Notes: generated from the sequence alone by a model not told the origin. Shown: positions 41,036-54,015, counted from the stretch's first letter. The stretch: DNA of 64,000 bases from Eledone cirrhosa (GCA_964016885.1 OZ024750.1:28148001-28212000); one strand, 5' to 3'. A program made the numbers and translations.

Positions 41036-41308
41036 TAAGAGAGCCATATGTGAAAGCAGAAGACAATTAAGCAAGTATTATTGTTGTTGTTAGTATATTT
41101 CAATATGTAGCATTAATTGAATAAAATTAATAACAGGTGTTGGTATAACCGACAAATGGTATTGGTGTTGTTGTTACTAGAGTTGGCATGTGTAGTGACG
41201 TTAGAGTTGGCATGTGTTGTGTCGGTGTTAACTACAACGAGCTTCTATATCAGACGATCTCCAATATGATTACTGTAGCCTAACAAAACCATATGGTAGA
41301 TGGACTGC

Positions 41309-41373
<65 letters not shown>

Positions 41374-41714
41374 ATAAGTGGAGAGAGAGGTGCTACACCC
41401 CAGTAAATTCGCTGAGATGTGGGTGAATGTGGCGAAAATGGCCCGGGTGAATGGGGCTTCTCTGTATATATAACCTGTAGGTTGAGGAAGAGAGCAAAAG
41501 GAAGAAAGGAGCGCTTGCACAACACGCTCCTGGAGTTGAGGGTTGTTCTATCGACGGGGTATTAAACAACCCATTTGTGGCGCCTCCCCCTTATTGGGGA
41601 TTTCGATTGTTGAAATTGTTTGTTTTTAGATTTTTTACACGACTGTATGTAAAATCCCCGGCATGTCTTTGTATTGTCCCCTTTTCTTGTTGCGCCCTTG
41701 TGGCTAATAAAGAA

Positions 41715-41750
<36 letters not shown>
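41374..41750 (+). mobile_element. 5'-truncated Tx1-like LINE 3' end
   Basis: Encodes VEREVLHPSKFAEMWVNVAKMARVNGASLYI, homologous to the ORF2 C-terminus at 47120-47224. AATAAA at 41706 and (ATCT)n tail. Confidence 0.85.
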
Positions 41751-41751
<1 letters not shown>

Positions 41752-41952
41752 GATAGAGTAAGACACGCTTCGCATCGGCTCCGCTATTCCATCGGGATTT
41801 ACCCTTACTATTGTAAGTACCGGATAAATTTTTTAGTGCAACACATTTGGAACACTAACCCCTGTTATTTAGGGAAACATTTTTGCATTTACCCCCTTTT
41901 TAGGGGGTAAAATAAATATCTATTTTTGCCGAAAAATTTCTTTCTTGGCAGC

Positions 41953-43793
41953 ATGGCGGAAAAGATGGCAGACATGTCTGCCATTAGCTCTGCCACGCCC
42001 CCCAAGTCTGAAGAACAAAAAATAATTACAACAAAATTAGACATTGAAACAAACAAACAAAATGAAAAAACAAATGTTAAGGAAAATGAGCAAACAGAAA
42101 ACAAACAAACAGAAAATAATACAAATAACGACAGGGCAACTTTCGCCCAGAAAACAAAACAATCCATTATATACACACCAATTGACCTAACTGCCGCCAG
42201 AGAAAAACTGGCCGAAGCAAAGAAACACATTGTTTTGGGGAGAACGGAATGTTTTCCATTAACTCCCCCCCCCCCCCAGAATTCAAGAAAGCCAGAGCAG
42301 AAAACACAGTTCTATACAGAACTATACTGAACCAAACAAGAAAGCCAGCACAGCCCAGCCAAATGGAAATAGAGTTAGTCCTAAAAGACTATATGAAGAA
42401 TATTCTCTTCATACGAAAGGACCGACTCTATGGCAGCATTTCGGTCCTAACAAGAGACAAAGAAACGGCGGAGAAGCTTTCCCTAAGCCCACTCTCGTCG
42501 ACAACATATAGCTTCTATCCCTCCTACATGGGTAGAAGAACACAGAGAGTAAAAGTAAAAACAATGCTGCCCACAATGGACTTCTGGTGGGCTATTGCTG
42601 GCTTCATTGATATGGGCGAAGACACTATGCTGTCAATGGGGAAGGCAACTGGAGATGCGTTCCTGGGAATGGGCCTCGACATACTAGTCCAAATGAGGCC
42701 CGAAAGAATAGCACAAATCCCGGATCGCATCTGGCTGGATGACCTTACCCCAATAGACATAATTGTAGAGGGGAGAAGACCAGCATGCTATTTATGCATG
42801 GAAAGGGGACACGTTAAGGCTAACTGCCCGAAACGTATCCCCCAAAAAGGACTATTGCCCACACCCACCACAAACAGTACACCAGCACCACCCACCTCCA
42901 AAAATACACTAATACCACACACAGCAAACAAAATACAGACACCACCAACCACAAACACAACACAAACATCACCACCACCAGCACCAAACACAAGCACGAC
43001 ACAAAAATCACCACCACCAACCACAACACAAACATCACCACCACCATCACCAACCACAAGCACGACACAAACATTACCACCACCACCACCACAAAACCCA
43101 TTCCAAACAAATAATAAAAAAAACAGTAACAAATCTACCCCTCCCGCAAAAAAAAAACAACCACACAACACGTCCCTCCCACCTAGCGCTGAAGAGTTTC
43201 CCCCAACTTCTGAAGAAGAAGGAGGAGAAGCCTTCAGACAAGTTAAAAGAAAAAAAAGAAAACACACACCCAGCACACCACAAATAACCCACACACAAAC
43301 ACCAACTCCAATCAAAAACACCCCACCCTCAACAAACAAAAATAAATCTGCGCCTCCCCTCTCCGAAACATTGACAGCATCACAAAAAAAGACGTTGCAA
43401 TACACATATATAAATAAAGAAAACAAAAAACTGGTTAAATTAATAAACAATAACCCTATGGTGCAGACCGAAGGGCCAAACTTTATCTCAACAGAGAACT
43501 TCACCCATTTAAAAATGATAAAGGTCCCTCTGGACCTTTATCGTTCCTTAAAAGAACAATTTAGACGGGACGTGAGCCCCCCCTGTTTAAAACCGTTGAA
43601 TCGCGTCCTCTTGAAAGATTTCCCCATAACCGCCCCTCTCCCTGACACAACTCCAAATACCCCAACCCCACCACACACGTGTACCCCCACACCACCACAA
43701 AACATCCCTCCACCAAACACACCTGATGCCATGGAAATTACGCAACCCGGAGAGGTAAGTGCTTTTCTTTCTTCACTTTCAACACCAAAATAG
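41953..43793 (+). pseudogene. Tx1 ORF1 (gag-like), one frameshift at poly-C near 42263-42277
   Basis: ORFs 41926-42330 and 42249-43793; zinc knuckle CYLCMERGHVKANC; P/T-rich region and basic VKRKKRK patch. Confidence 0.85.
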
Positions 43794-46700
43794 ATCAATT
43801 GAGAGTTGGCTGTTTGAACGCGCGTGGCCTGGGCTCAGCTTGGAAGCAAGCAAAGCTTCTAAGTGACCTCAGGTCACAAAGTATAGATGTGATGGTTGTT
43901 TGCGAGAGTCGGATCAGCAGCGTGAGACAGCTGGCGCCCGCCTTCGATGACTTTGAGATGCACGCATCTCTCTGTCAACCCGGAGGCGGGGGGGGGGGGA
44001 GTTGCCGTACTGCTGGATAAACGTCTGACTCTCGACGTACAGATTGTTCACTCGGACCCGGGGGGTCGATTACTGGTGCTGGACGTCGGAGGCGGTGAAG
44101 GCGGGGCTTTCAGACTGGTCGGTCTTTATGCTCCCTTCGGGGCGGAAAGAGCCGACTTCTTCCAGCGTCTGGAGACTTTTCTAGGAACGTCGCGTTCCCT
44201 GCTTTTAGTGGGGGACTGGAATGGAATCCTAGATGCGCGTTGGGACTATGCAGGGGCATGTCCCGATAGAGGGGGGTGTAGCAGCCTCAAGGGGTTACTC
44301 GATCGATTCGACCTGGTCGATAGATTTCGACTAGATTGTCCAACTGCGCCAACCTGGACCTGGGCAAACCGCAGTGGACAATCTAGATCGTACCTAGATA
44401 GGTTTTTGGTTAGGAGTAAGGATAGGGACGTATTTAGTTGTCCAGAACTGATCATGGTTGGCTATTCAGATCACAAATTAGTGACCTGCGTGGTCAACCT
44501 TGATAGAACGCATAGACAGGGTCCCGGTTACTGGAAGATGAACTTGTCCTTACCGACAAAGAAAGATTACAGAAACCGGATTAGTTAAGATGCGGTTGAC
44601 GGGAGCGATCGTCAACAGTAGGTGGTGGATATCTCTAAAGAGAGAGATTAGAGTAAGTTCGATAGGTTACAGTAAGGAACTAGCGGCGAATAGAAATAGG
44701 AGGGAAAGGGAGTTAACAGATAAACTAGAAGAGGCGATTAGGAGCGGAGACGTAGCCAGAGTGTTAGCGACGAGAACGGCATTGAGCCAGTTCTTTGACG
44801 CGAAGCACGAAGGCTGCGTTGTCCGAAGTAAAATACGTGCTTTAGGAAACGAGGGGACCAAAGCTGTTAGCTGGGCCCGCGTGACAGAAGCCAAGAGTGG
44901 GATTAAATCCACCATTCGGTCTTTGCGAGACCAGGATGGACGGGTGATCCTTGAACCTGAGCGAATGTGCGAGACCTTTCAAAGGCACTTTGCTCGACTG
45001 TTCGGAGGTGGCGGGGGGGCCGGACGGGGATGTGGACTTCGGTCCATACCTCGACGGTCTACCGCGTCTTTCGAGCGGCGAAGCGGAGTGCTGCGAAAGG
45101 CCAATCACAGCCACTGAAATCGGGGAAGCGCTCAGCCAATGCAGCAGACGCAAATCCCCGGGTCTCGATGGTCTACCATACGAACTTTATTTAGCTATGC
45201 CGGTCTTGTTCTCCGAACTCCTCGAGGCTGTCTATTGCAACTGGCAACAGAACGGGAGAATTCCCTGTTCTGTGACCAAGGGCGTGGTCACGCTAGTGAG
45301 GAAGGACGAGAGCAAGGGGGACGACTTAAGTAACTTTAGGCCCATAACTCTGCTGAATGCAGAGTTACAGATTTTGGCCAAGGTGTTGGCGAAGAGGTTG
45401 GCGCTTGTGGTGGGTGGTTTGGTGGGAGACGCGCAGACATGCGCTATCCCGTCCAGGTCCATTCACGACAACCTCCACCTCATGCGATACATCATAGAGA
45501 GGGTTGGCTACGAACCCGGCTTTGGTGGGGCCCTGATCAACTTGGATCAATCTAAAGCGTTCGATAGGGTCGACCATGGTTACCTGGATGCGGTGCTAGC
45601 GGCGGCGGGCTTCGGACCCGTTTTCAGGGGCTGGATTTCTGCCATGCACAGTGGCAACATCTACTCTAGGATTAAAGTAAACGGCTACCTCTCGGAGCCG
45701 TTTCAAATCACCCGATCCATCAGACAGGGGTGCCCCCTCTCCTCCCTTCTGTACGTATTGACTCTCGAGCCACTGCTGCGGAAGTTGGAGTTGCTGCGGG
45801 GCATACCCCTGGAACCGGGATTGCACAAAGCGGTCTCGGCCTATGCCGACGACGTAACAGTAATGGTGGCGGACGCCTCGGAAATCGGGGCGATCGCCAC
45901 CCTACTGGAGGAATACGAAAGGCTGACGGGGGCTAAGCTGAACCAGGACAAGTCAGTCGGTTTGCAACTCGGAACGTGGAGGGGCAAACCGATGCCGTTA
46001 GACGGTGTCGTCGGGCGGTGGACGGAGGGCCCGGTGAAGCTGCTCGGGGTCTGGTTCGGACCGGACCTCCAGGTGGAGAAGAATTGGGGCGAGGTGACGA
46101 GCAGGGTGTTTGCGCTGACCCAGAAGTGGGCCAAGTGCAAACTATCACTGAAAGGTCGGGCGGAGGTGACGAGCGCTTACATAGCGTCCGTCATCTACTA
46201 CCGCCTGACCGTCGTGCCTTGCCCCAAGGAAAAGCTCACCATCATGGAACGCATGCTCTTCCAGTTCCTCTGGAAGAAGCGGCCTCCCATGGTGAGGAGA
46301 TCCATCTGCTGCCAGCACCCTTCGAAAGGAGGGCTGGGTATGCCGTGGCTGTTGATGCGTAGGCACGCATTGAGGCTACGGCATCTACAGGTATTCCTCA
46401 ACGGTCAGCCGGTGTGGGCCCCGTTTGTGAGGCGAGCCTTCCCACAGCTCGTCTCGCTCACCGAACTGCAATCCTGGGTGAAGCAAAGACCGAGAAAACT
46501 GGGCAACTGGCACACCGAGTGTGCCCAGGCGCTCACGGCTATTTGGCAAGCGGACCCGACTGTCAGTGGAGAATCCACCTCGACATTCTATAGAGGGTTG
46601 GTGGCTAGCAGGGGCGACGACACCCTTGGAGAGTCGCTAGGCATGGAGGAAGACGAACTGGCCAGCCTGTTCGGTAGAACTTTCGGCCCGGGACCCATGG

Positions 46701-47224
46701 ACAACTTCCAGAGGTCCCTAGCCTGGCAGTGTTACCGGGGGGCTCTGCCCGTTCGAGAAAAGCTCTACAGACACGGGCGCCCGGGCAGGGATCCCGCGAA
46801 AAAGATCTGTCCCAGATGCGTGCGCGACGAGGAAACCGTTGCGCATGCACTGGTACACTGCCCGGGCGTTGCCGATCTGTGGGGCTACGTCGAACGACTG
46901 CTGTCGCGTGTGGCGCCGATTCGATTAACCGCCGAGTCTGTGGTGAACATCAAGCCGCCTCCTCCCTTCAGAAATGAAGCAGAGGCGGTCTTTCTGTGCG
47001 TAATAGCCATGATGAAAGAGGTTGTGTGGTGGACGCGCCTGAAAGGTCTGAGGTCGGGTGACTTTCTCTCCGGCCATCACCTGGTTTACTTCTTCCGATA
47101 CCACTTCGGAAGAAGAATCAGGATGGAGAGAGAAGTGCTTGGTCCCAGACAGTTTTATGAAAGGTGGGTGAAAGAAGCGAGAATGGCCCGTGTAAATGGG
47201 CCTTCTCTCTACATTGTTCTGTAG
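43790..47224 (+). pseudogene. Tx1 ORF2: AP endonuclease, reverse transcriptase and zinc finger, disrupted
   Basis: LNARGL, GGVAVL, GDWN, YLDRF and SDH (APE); SPGLDGLP, FRPITLLN, DQSKAFDRV, RQGCPLS and YADD (RT); CPRC..ETVAHALVHC. Breaks near 43990 (poly-G), 44586 (stop/shift) and 45015 (poly-G). Confidence 0.95.
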
Positions 47225-47454
47225 GTGAAGAAGTGAAGAGGAAAGGGGGAGCGCCTCCTCTCTGGGCTTCCCCCGCGAAAAGAGTTGCACACTTTTCGGG
47301 GGTATGTGCAATCCCCAACACGCCCCCTCCCTTTTGAGGACTTTTATTGTTATATTATTATTGTTATTCCTTTTTTCTTTACTCGATTTATGTAAACTCC
47401 CCCACTGTGTAAATGTCCCCTTCTTTTGTGCCCTCGTGGCAAATAAATAGAAAT

Positions 47455-47490
<36 letters not shown>

Positions 47491-47892
47491 ATAAGTGGAG
47501 AGAGAGGTGCTACACCCCAGTAAATTCGCTGAGATGTGGGTGAATGTGGCGAAAATGGCCCGGGTGAATGGGGCTTCTCTGTATATATAACCTGTAGGTT
47601 GAGGAAGATAAACAGAGGGAAGACGGGAACACCTACAAAACGTGTTCCTGGTGTTGAGGGTTGTTCTATCCACGGGGTGTAAAACAACCCCGCAGTAGCG
47701 TTAGCCCCACTCCCTAATGGGGATTTCAATTGTTTTATTTTTATATAGTTTATTGTTATTTATCATTGTTAAAATTTTTATGTAAAACCCCCGCCGTCAC
47801 GTCTTGTAATGTCCCATTTTTGTACGCCCCTGTGGCAAATAAAGGAAGATATCTATCTATATATCCGTCTACTGGTCTGTCTATCTATCTAT
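47491..47892 (+). mobile_element. Second 5'-truncated Tx1-like 3' end
   Basis: First 118 bp identical to 41374-41491, then a diverged 3' UTR, AATAAA at 47838 and a degenerate (ATCT)n tail. Confidence 0.85.
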
Positions 47893-48355
47893 CTTTTATG
47901 ATTTTAATTTTTATATTTAACTTACATTTCTTTATCTTTCGAGTTGTTATTACTTCCTTCTATTTTTCTCTCTCTCTCTCCCTCCCTCTCTCTCTCTCAC
48001 ACACACAGAAACCATAACACACAGACACAAAAACAAACACATACACACACACACACACACCAATCAATACACACAGACACACATAAACGATAGTCGTTAA
48101 GAAAACATCTATTTTATATTTCTCTCTATCAATCGATACTTCTTCTATTTCTTTCTTTTATCTCACATTTTCCTTTTTTCTTTTGGTTATTTTCACTTCT
48201 TCATTTGTTTAATCTCCACCCCATACTCCCACCCCTAAAGATTTTGTCTCTATCCCAGGAATGAAAATACCCGATTCCTATAATATTTTCGTTCTGAGTA
48301 CAAATAGGTATGTAACATTTCTTTATCATGGCAGATATTTTCTCCCTTTGACCCT

Positions 48356-48718
48356 TTGGGGTTCCTCTTAAGGGTCTTTGGAGTAACGTTACTTGATAAA
48401 GTGCATAGCTCGGAGATCAGAGAGTCACTCCAGGTAGAGTCGCTACTTCTCCGATTTGAGAGATCACAGCTCCGTTACTATGGGCATGTGGTTAGATTGT
48501 CTCAGGAAAGAATCGTTGGACAGATTTTACGGGCGAAACCAACCAGTAGGAGACCCAAGATGGTTGGATAACATTCATGAACTTTGCTGGTCACGCTTGG
48601 AGATACAGCCGGATCAGCTGGAGACGGTTGCTTCTGACAGGACTCGCTGGATGGAGTGTTTGAGGACTCTGTCCCCCACGACCCTCTCAAGAATAAGCGG
48701 GCGAAGGAAAGAAGAAGT
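48356..48718 (+). mobile_element. RTE-clade LINE 3' fragment
   Basis: Peptide FLLRVFGVTLLDKVHSSEIRESL..ERSQLRYYGHVVRL..RWLDNI..VASDRTRW is typical of RTE ORF ends; short (GAA)n tail. Confidence 0.85.
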
Positions 48719-49509
48719 AAAAGATATTTTCTGACATGTAATTCAATGCATAAACACCTCTTCTAGTAGTAACATATCTATGAATATATGAAGGTAGAAA
48801 ATGTATGCCTTTAGTTTAAAATGTAGCTTGGTTGGATGTTTTATTGTACCTTCCCTTAGATATATTTCTCTTAAGTGTACAGTTGTATTCAGCAAACATA
48901 CTGGAGTTCCACTTGCCTTAGTAACTCTTTTCTATAGCAGTAATATTCTGATGAGAATGCTAATCATGTTTAAGTATCACACCTAGGCTTTATGTGGGAA
49001 ATGTTCAGATGAGAATCTCAAAATTTAAACATTTAATGACATATTACAGCATATTGCTTGGTAAAGGTTTACTAAGTCACCTAATTATTCAGAATAGTGT
49101 TCATACAAAGTTAATACAGACATTTTACAACTTAGCTACGGAGATTCCTTAACTATGGAGATTCCTTAACTTCCCGTCTGCGGGAATGCTTTTGCTGACT
49201 TGTCAGCAAGGCGCAACACTTCTGCCCTTTTGCCCTAGGCCCAAAGCCCAATCACCCTCCCGCTTCACCCCTGTCCTCTCTTCTGCGACACCAGAGCTCT
49301 TGTCATCCCTTTCCTTTCCCGTTATTTTTCTCACTCTTTTTTCTCCATATTTCCCTATTCTTTTTTTCCTTGTTTCCTCTTTAGTATTCTCTCGTCTGAG
49401 GATCTTCAAAAAATAAGATTTTTAATCGTAGCATCACTGACACACAAAGAAGTCATCACGAACGAAGACCTCGGTAAAAGAATCACCCACCACTTGAGCC
49501 ACTTTGAAG

Positions 49510-49842
49510 ATCTGCAGGCTGCACTGTATATGTGCAGGTAGACAGCAACTGTACATGCACTATAAATGTGCAGGGAGATTAGAACTGCAGGCTGCACCGT
49601 AAATGTGGAGGGCGACTGAAACTGTACACAGCACCGTAAGTATGCAGGTAAATTGAAACTGCAGGCTGCACTCTAAGTATGCAAGGTAAATTGAAACTGC
49701 AGGCTGCACTCTAAGTATGCAAGGTAAATTGAAACTGCAGGCTGCAATGTAAGTATGCAAGTAAATTGAAACTGCAGGCTACACTGTAAATGTCAGGTAT
49801 ACAGCAACTGCAGGCTGCACAATAAATGTGCAGGTAGATTGA
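49510..49842. repeat. ~37-bp degenerate minisatellite
   Basis: CTGCAGGCTGCAC..TGCAGGTAAATTGAAA repeated about 9 times. Confidence 0.85.
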
Positions 49843-49888
49843 AAGCCCCACGGTCATTCGTTACCGAAGGGTGTTTTTACCTTTATAT

Positions 49889-49960
49889 CAGTGTTTCTCA
49901 ACCTTTTTGACCCCCGGGCCCACTTTTAGCTGCCGAAAAATGTCCGGGCCCACTTATTTT
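49889..49960 (+). mobile_element. Possible hAT-Charlie terminal fragment
   Basis: Starts CAGTGTTTCTCAACC with repeated GGGCCCAC subterminal motifs; no partner end found. Confidence 0.5.
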
Positions 49961-50059
49961 ACAAGCGTAAACTAGTGCTCAAACTGTTTGTCACCTGTCC
50001 TTTTAATGTCCCATTCATCTGTCGTCCCTGTGGCAAATAAGTGAATTCATTGTCATTCC

Positions 50060-50450
50060 GTGGATTGGCAATAATAGAGTTACGTCCCTTTACGTTCTGA
50101 TTTCAAATCCCTCCGAGTTTAGCTTTGCCTCTCATATTTACGGGGTCGATAAAATAAAGTACCAGTAATGCACTGGGGTCGATCTAGCCGACTTTCCCTT
50201 CTCCCAGACTTGTTGGCCTTGTGACTAAACCAGAACCCATTATTATTTCTCAGGGCGGTGGATTGGCAGTATCGGTAGAGGGTCGGACACCATGCTTTGC
50301 AGCAAAGAGTTACGGCACTTTATGGTTTGAGTTCAAATCCCGCCGAGGTTAACTTTGCCTTTCATCCTTATGGGGTCGATAAAATAAAGTACCAGTAATA
50401 CACTGGGATAACTGCTGGCCTTGTGCCAAAAGTAGAAACAATTATTATTT
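50060..50450 (+). mobile_element. Two tandem SINE family 1 copies (50254-50450 full length)
   Basis: GGCGGTGGATTGGCAGTATCGGTAGAG head, GAGTTCAAATCCC B box and (ATT)n tail. Confidence 0.88.
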
Positions 50451-51001
50451 ATCTTTGGCCAAGCCTTCCTCGAGTTTTCCTCAAGTTTCATATTAATAGG
50501 AAGATTATGACTGAAAGAAGTGCTGCTTTCCAATAGATTTGTTAAAAGATGAGTGGTAATGGCGAGCATGGTCCGAGTAAACGGATCTGCTTGGAGTATG
50601 TAGCTCCTGTAGATTGAGGAAGGACAACTAGGTGACAGAACTTTCCTTAATGGTCTGGGTGACCGTGGTTTTTAGTAAGTTTATCGACAAATAGCCCTCA
50701 CAAGTTTCTCTACTTTGGGGTCATTTTCTTTCGTTGAATTTTTATTGTGGGGGAAAAATCCTGAACACACCCGCGTAACTAAAAATGGACAAGGCGAAAT
50801 GTCTATAAATAATAACTTAAGTGAACTGTCAGGTGACTGTGTATACGGAGTCTCATTGTAGCGATCTCGTTGGTAGTTCGAAATTACGTCTTGTGAATAC
50901 TTTAGTTTTACCTTCGTTCGTACAGATATACTAACAGGTGCAACTCCCCGTTATAACAATTTTATTGTTTGGTCCTTTAATTTTTCATAAAACCACACTA
51001 T

Positions 51002-51192
51002 AATTGTTTCTACTTTTGGCACAAGGCCAGCAATTATTCCAGTGTATTACTGGTACTTTATTTTATCGACCCTGTAAGGATGAAAAGCAAAGTTAACCTC
51101 GGCGGGATTTGAACTCAGAATGGCAAGAGCCGTAACTCTATGCGCCAAAGCATGGCGTCCGACTCTCTACCGATACTGCCAATCCACCACCC
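51002..51192 (-). mobile_element. SINE family 1
   Basis: Full-length reverse copy. Others at 55453-55640 (+), 57447-57633 (-) and 63474-63570 (-, partial). Confidence 0.88.
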
Positions 51193-51209
51193 TACTTCAC
51201 GCTATAATG

Positions 51210-51353
51210 TTGTACCGTCCTTAACGTAGTTTTCGTGTACCAGTAAGTGATGAGAAAGAAATTGTCAGGCATGCTGTATAAAACGTTCATATTAATAGTA
51301 ATTGCTTTATTAACCACAACTGGTTTACAAAACCCACATTAAGGACGGTACAA
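51210..51353. mobile_element. Candidate 144-bp MITE
   Basis: Perfect 15-bp TIR TTGTACCGTCCTTAA / TTAAGGACGGTACAA. Confidence 0.5.
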
Positions 51354-51423
51354 TAAACATTATCGCCACCGTCTACCCCCCCCCCCCACACACACACACA
51401 AGCACATACAACACACACACACA

Positions 51424-52462
51424 ATGGTGTTGGTGTTGGTGTTGGTGTTGGTGTGGGTGTTGGTGTTGCTGGTGGTGTTGGTGGTGTTGGTGGTCATGTT
51501 GGTGTTGGTGTTGGCGTTGGTGTTGGCGTTGGCGTTGGCGTTGGTGCTGGTGCTGGTGGTGTTGGTGTTGCTGGTGGTGTTGCTGGTGGTGTTGGGGTTG
51601 GTGGTGGTGGTGGTGTTGGTGTTGGTGTTGGTGTTGGCGTTGGCGTTGGTGTTGGTGTTGGTGTTGGCGTTGGTGTTGCTGGTGGTGTTGGCGTTGGTGG
51701 TCATGTTGGTGTTGGCGTTGGTGGTCATGTTGGTGTTGGCGTTGGCGTTGTTGTTGCTGGTGGTGTTGGTGGTGTTGGTGCTGGTGGTGTTGGTGGTGTT
51801 GGTGCTGGTGGTGTTGGTGGTGGTGTTGCTGGTGGTGTTGGGGTTGGTGTTGGTGTTGGTGTTGGCGTTGGTGTTGGCGCTGGTGGTGTTGATTGTGTTG
51901 GTGGTATTAGTGTTGGTGATGGTGGTGGTGGTGGTGTTGGTGGTGGTGGTGGTGGTGGTGGTGGTGGTGGTGTTGGTGTTGGTGATGGTGGTGGTGGTGA
52001 TGTTGGTGTTGGTGGTGATGTTGGTGCTGGTGGTGTTGGTGCTGGTGGTGTTGATTGTGTTGGTGGTATTAGTGTTGGTGATGTTGGTGGTGGTGGTGGT
52101 GTTGGTTTTTTCCTGGTGGTGGTGGTGGTGGTGGTGGAAGTGGTTTTGCTGTTGGTGTTGGTGGTGGTAGTGGTCATTCTGGTGATGGTGGTGGTAGTGG
52201 TCTTCCTGGTGATGGTGGTGGTGGTGGTGATTGTCTTCCTGGTGATTGTGATGGTGGTAGTGGTGGTGGTAGTGGTCTTCCTGGTGATGGTGGTGGTGGT
52301 GGTGGTGGTGGTGGTTGTCTTCCTGGTGATGGTGATGGTGATGGTGATGGTGATGGTGGTTGTGGTGGTGGTGGTTGTCTTCCTGGTGATGGTGATGGTA
52401 GTAGTGGTCTTCCTGGTAATGGTGATGGTGATGGTGGTGGTGGTGGTGGTAGTAGTAATGGT
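51424..52462. repeat. (GGT/GTT/GAT)n trinucleotide array
   Basis: Direct observation. Confidence 0.93.
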
Positions 52463-52700
52463 GGAAGTTTGTCGTAATAAGCAAAGGGACTTAGGCCTGA
52501 TGCATCTGTGTATGCGGTGGAAGGAGGAGGAAGGGTGTAGAAGGTGGAAAGGGGCAGGAGGCCTACAAGTGAGAGGAGGAGGAGTGGGAGGAGGTGGGAG
52601 AGTAGAGGTGGGTACATCACCTGCGTTCTTTGTTCGTTTCTATATATAGTCGCGGAGGACATAGAACAGAGGGAGGGTGACAGAAGGAGAGAGAGAGAGT

Positions 52701-52735
<35 letters not shown>

Positions 52736-52863
52736 GTGTGTGTGAGGGGGGGGGGGGTCTATGTGTCTGTGTGTGAGTTTGTGTATGTATTTGTGTGTTT
52801 GTTTGTGGGCGCGTGAGTGTATCTATGTTTGAATTTGTGTGTGTCTATGTGGGTGTGTGTGTG

Positions 52864-52916
<53 letters not shown>

Positions 52917-53213
52917 CTAGTTGTGTTTTACTCTGAACGCACGAAAAACGAACTGATAACCTAACGACAATCTCCCTGCAGTGTGTGTGTGTGTGTATGT
53001 ATGCGTGCATTTATGTATATATATGTGTGTGTGTTTGTTTGTGTTTGTTTACATACGTGCACGAGATACTATATATATATAGTCAACATGTTTAATCAAA
53101 TGTATATATATATATATATATATCAACTGGCATGATAAATATGCTGGGTCCGTCAACCCTTATTATATATATATATATATATAGTCAACATGTTTAATCA
53201 TATATATATATAC

Positions 53214-53286
<73 letters not shown>

Positions 53287-53293
<7 letters not shown>

Positions 53294-53790
53294 ATACTTT
53301 GGGAGTATACTTTGGGAGTATACTTTGCCAATAAGAAACACACGCACCAGTTGCTTTCACTTCAATTTATTATATATTTATAAATTTATAAATTTACAAA
53401 TCTACAAACTTATAAATTATAAATTTCTGGTTGGTTGGTTGGTTGGTTCCACAACCAGATAGTTGTTTATATATATAGTCATAGTCCTTTCGTCACACAC
53501 TCTGTGACCTCTTCAGTGACTGGGGATTCCTTTCTTCGTTTCTGTGCCTGAAACGAAGAAAGGAATCCCCAGTCACTGAAGAGGTCACAGAGTGTGTGAC
53601 GAAAGGACTATGACTATATATATAAACAACTATCTGGTTGTGGAACCAACCAACCAACCAGAAATTTATAATTTATAAGTTTGTAGATTTGTAAATTTAT
53701 AAATTTATAAATATATAATAAATTGAAGTGAAAGCAACTGGTGCGTGTGTTTCTTATTGGCAACATGACCCTCCCAAAGTATAACAATAT
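53287..53790. mobile_element. ~500-bp palindromic element with a hammerhead-like motif on each strand
   Basis: agtca-CTGAAGA-gGTCACA(gagtg)TGTGAC-GAAA-GGACTA-tgact at 53571-53615 (+) and 53477-53521 (-). Relatives at 18750-18812 and 58875-59520. Confidence 0.75.
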
Positions 53791-53842
53791 CGGTTTCAAC
53801 ACACGATTTCAGATAAAGAATCTTGCTCAACAAATTCAGAAA

Positions 53843-53876
<34 letters not shown>

Positions 53877-53881
<5 letters not shown>

Positions 53882-54015
53882 AAAAAGTATGACCCCGACT
53901 GCAGAGCTCAAGCCGTTTCGACGTCATACTTTTTCCTATTTCCCACTCTACTACCCTAAGTATTGAGTACTCTGGTGCGTTATGGTCCACCTGGTTCCTT
54001 ACCACAATTCCTTTG

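Larger units (their letters stand above)
41751..47490 (+). mobile_element. Near full-length L1/Tx1-clade non-LTR retrotransposon
   Basis: ORF1 with CCHC knuckle and ORF2 with APE, RT and C-terminal Cys motif. AATAAA at 47442 and (TATC)n on both sides. Confidence 0.95.

Noticed and set aside
41374-47608. LTR retrotransposon suggested by 118-bp direct repeats
   Set aside because: The repeats are ORF2 C-terminal fragments, the enzyme set is APE plus LINE RT, and there are no TG..CA ends or integrase.
50254-50345. tRNA genes at A/B-box sites
   Set aside because: No full cloverleaf; each continues into a shared SINE body and tail.
49150-50800. Possible further LINE ORF1 fragments in the unique stretches
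   Set aside because: No recognisable motif could be read by eye.
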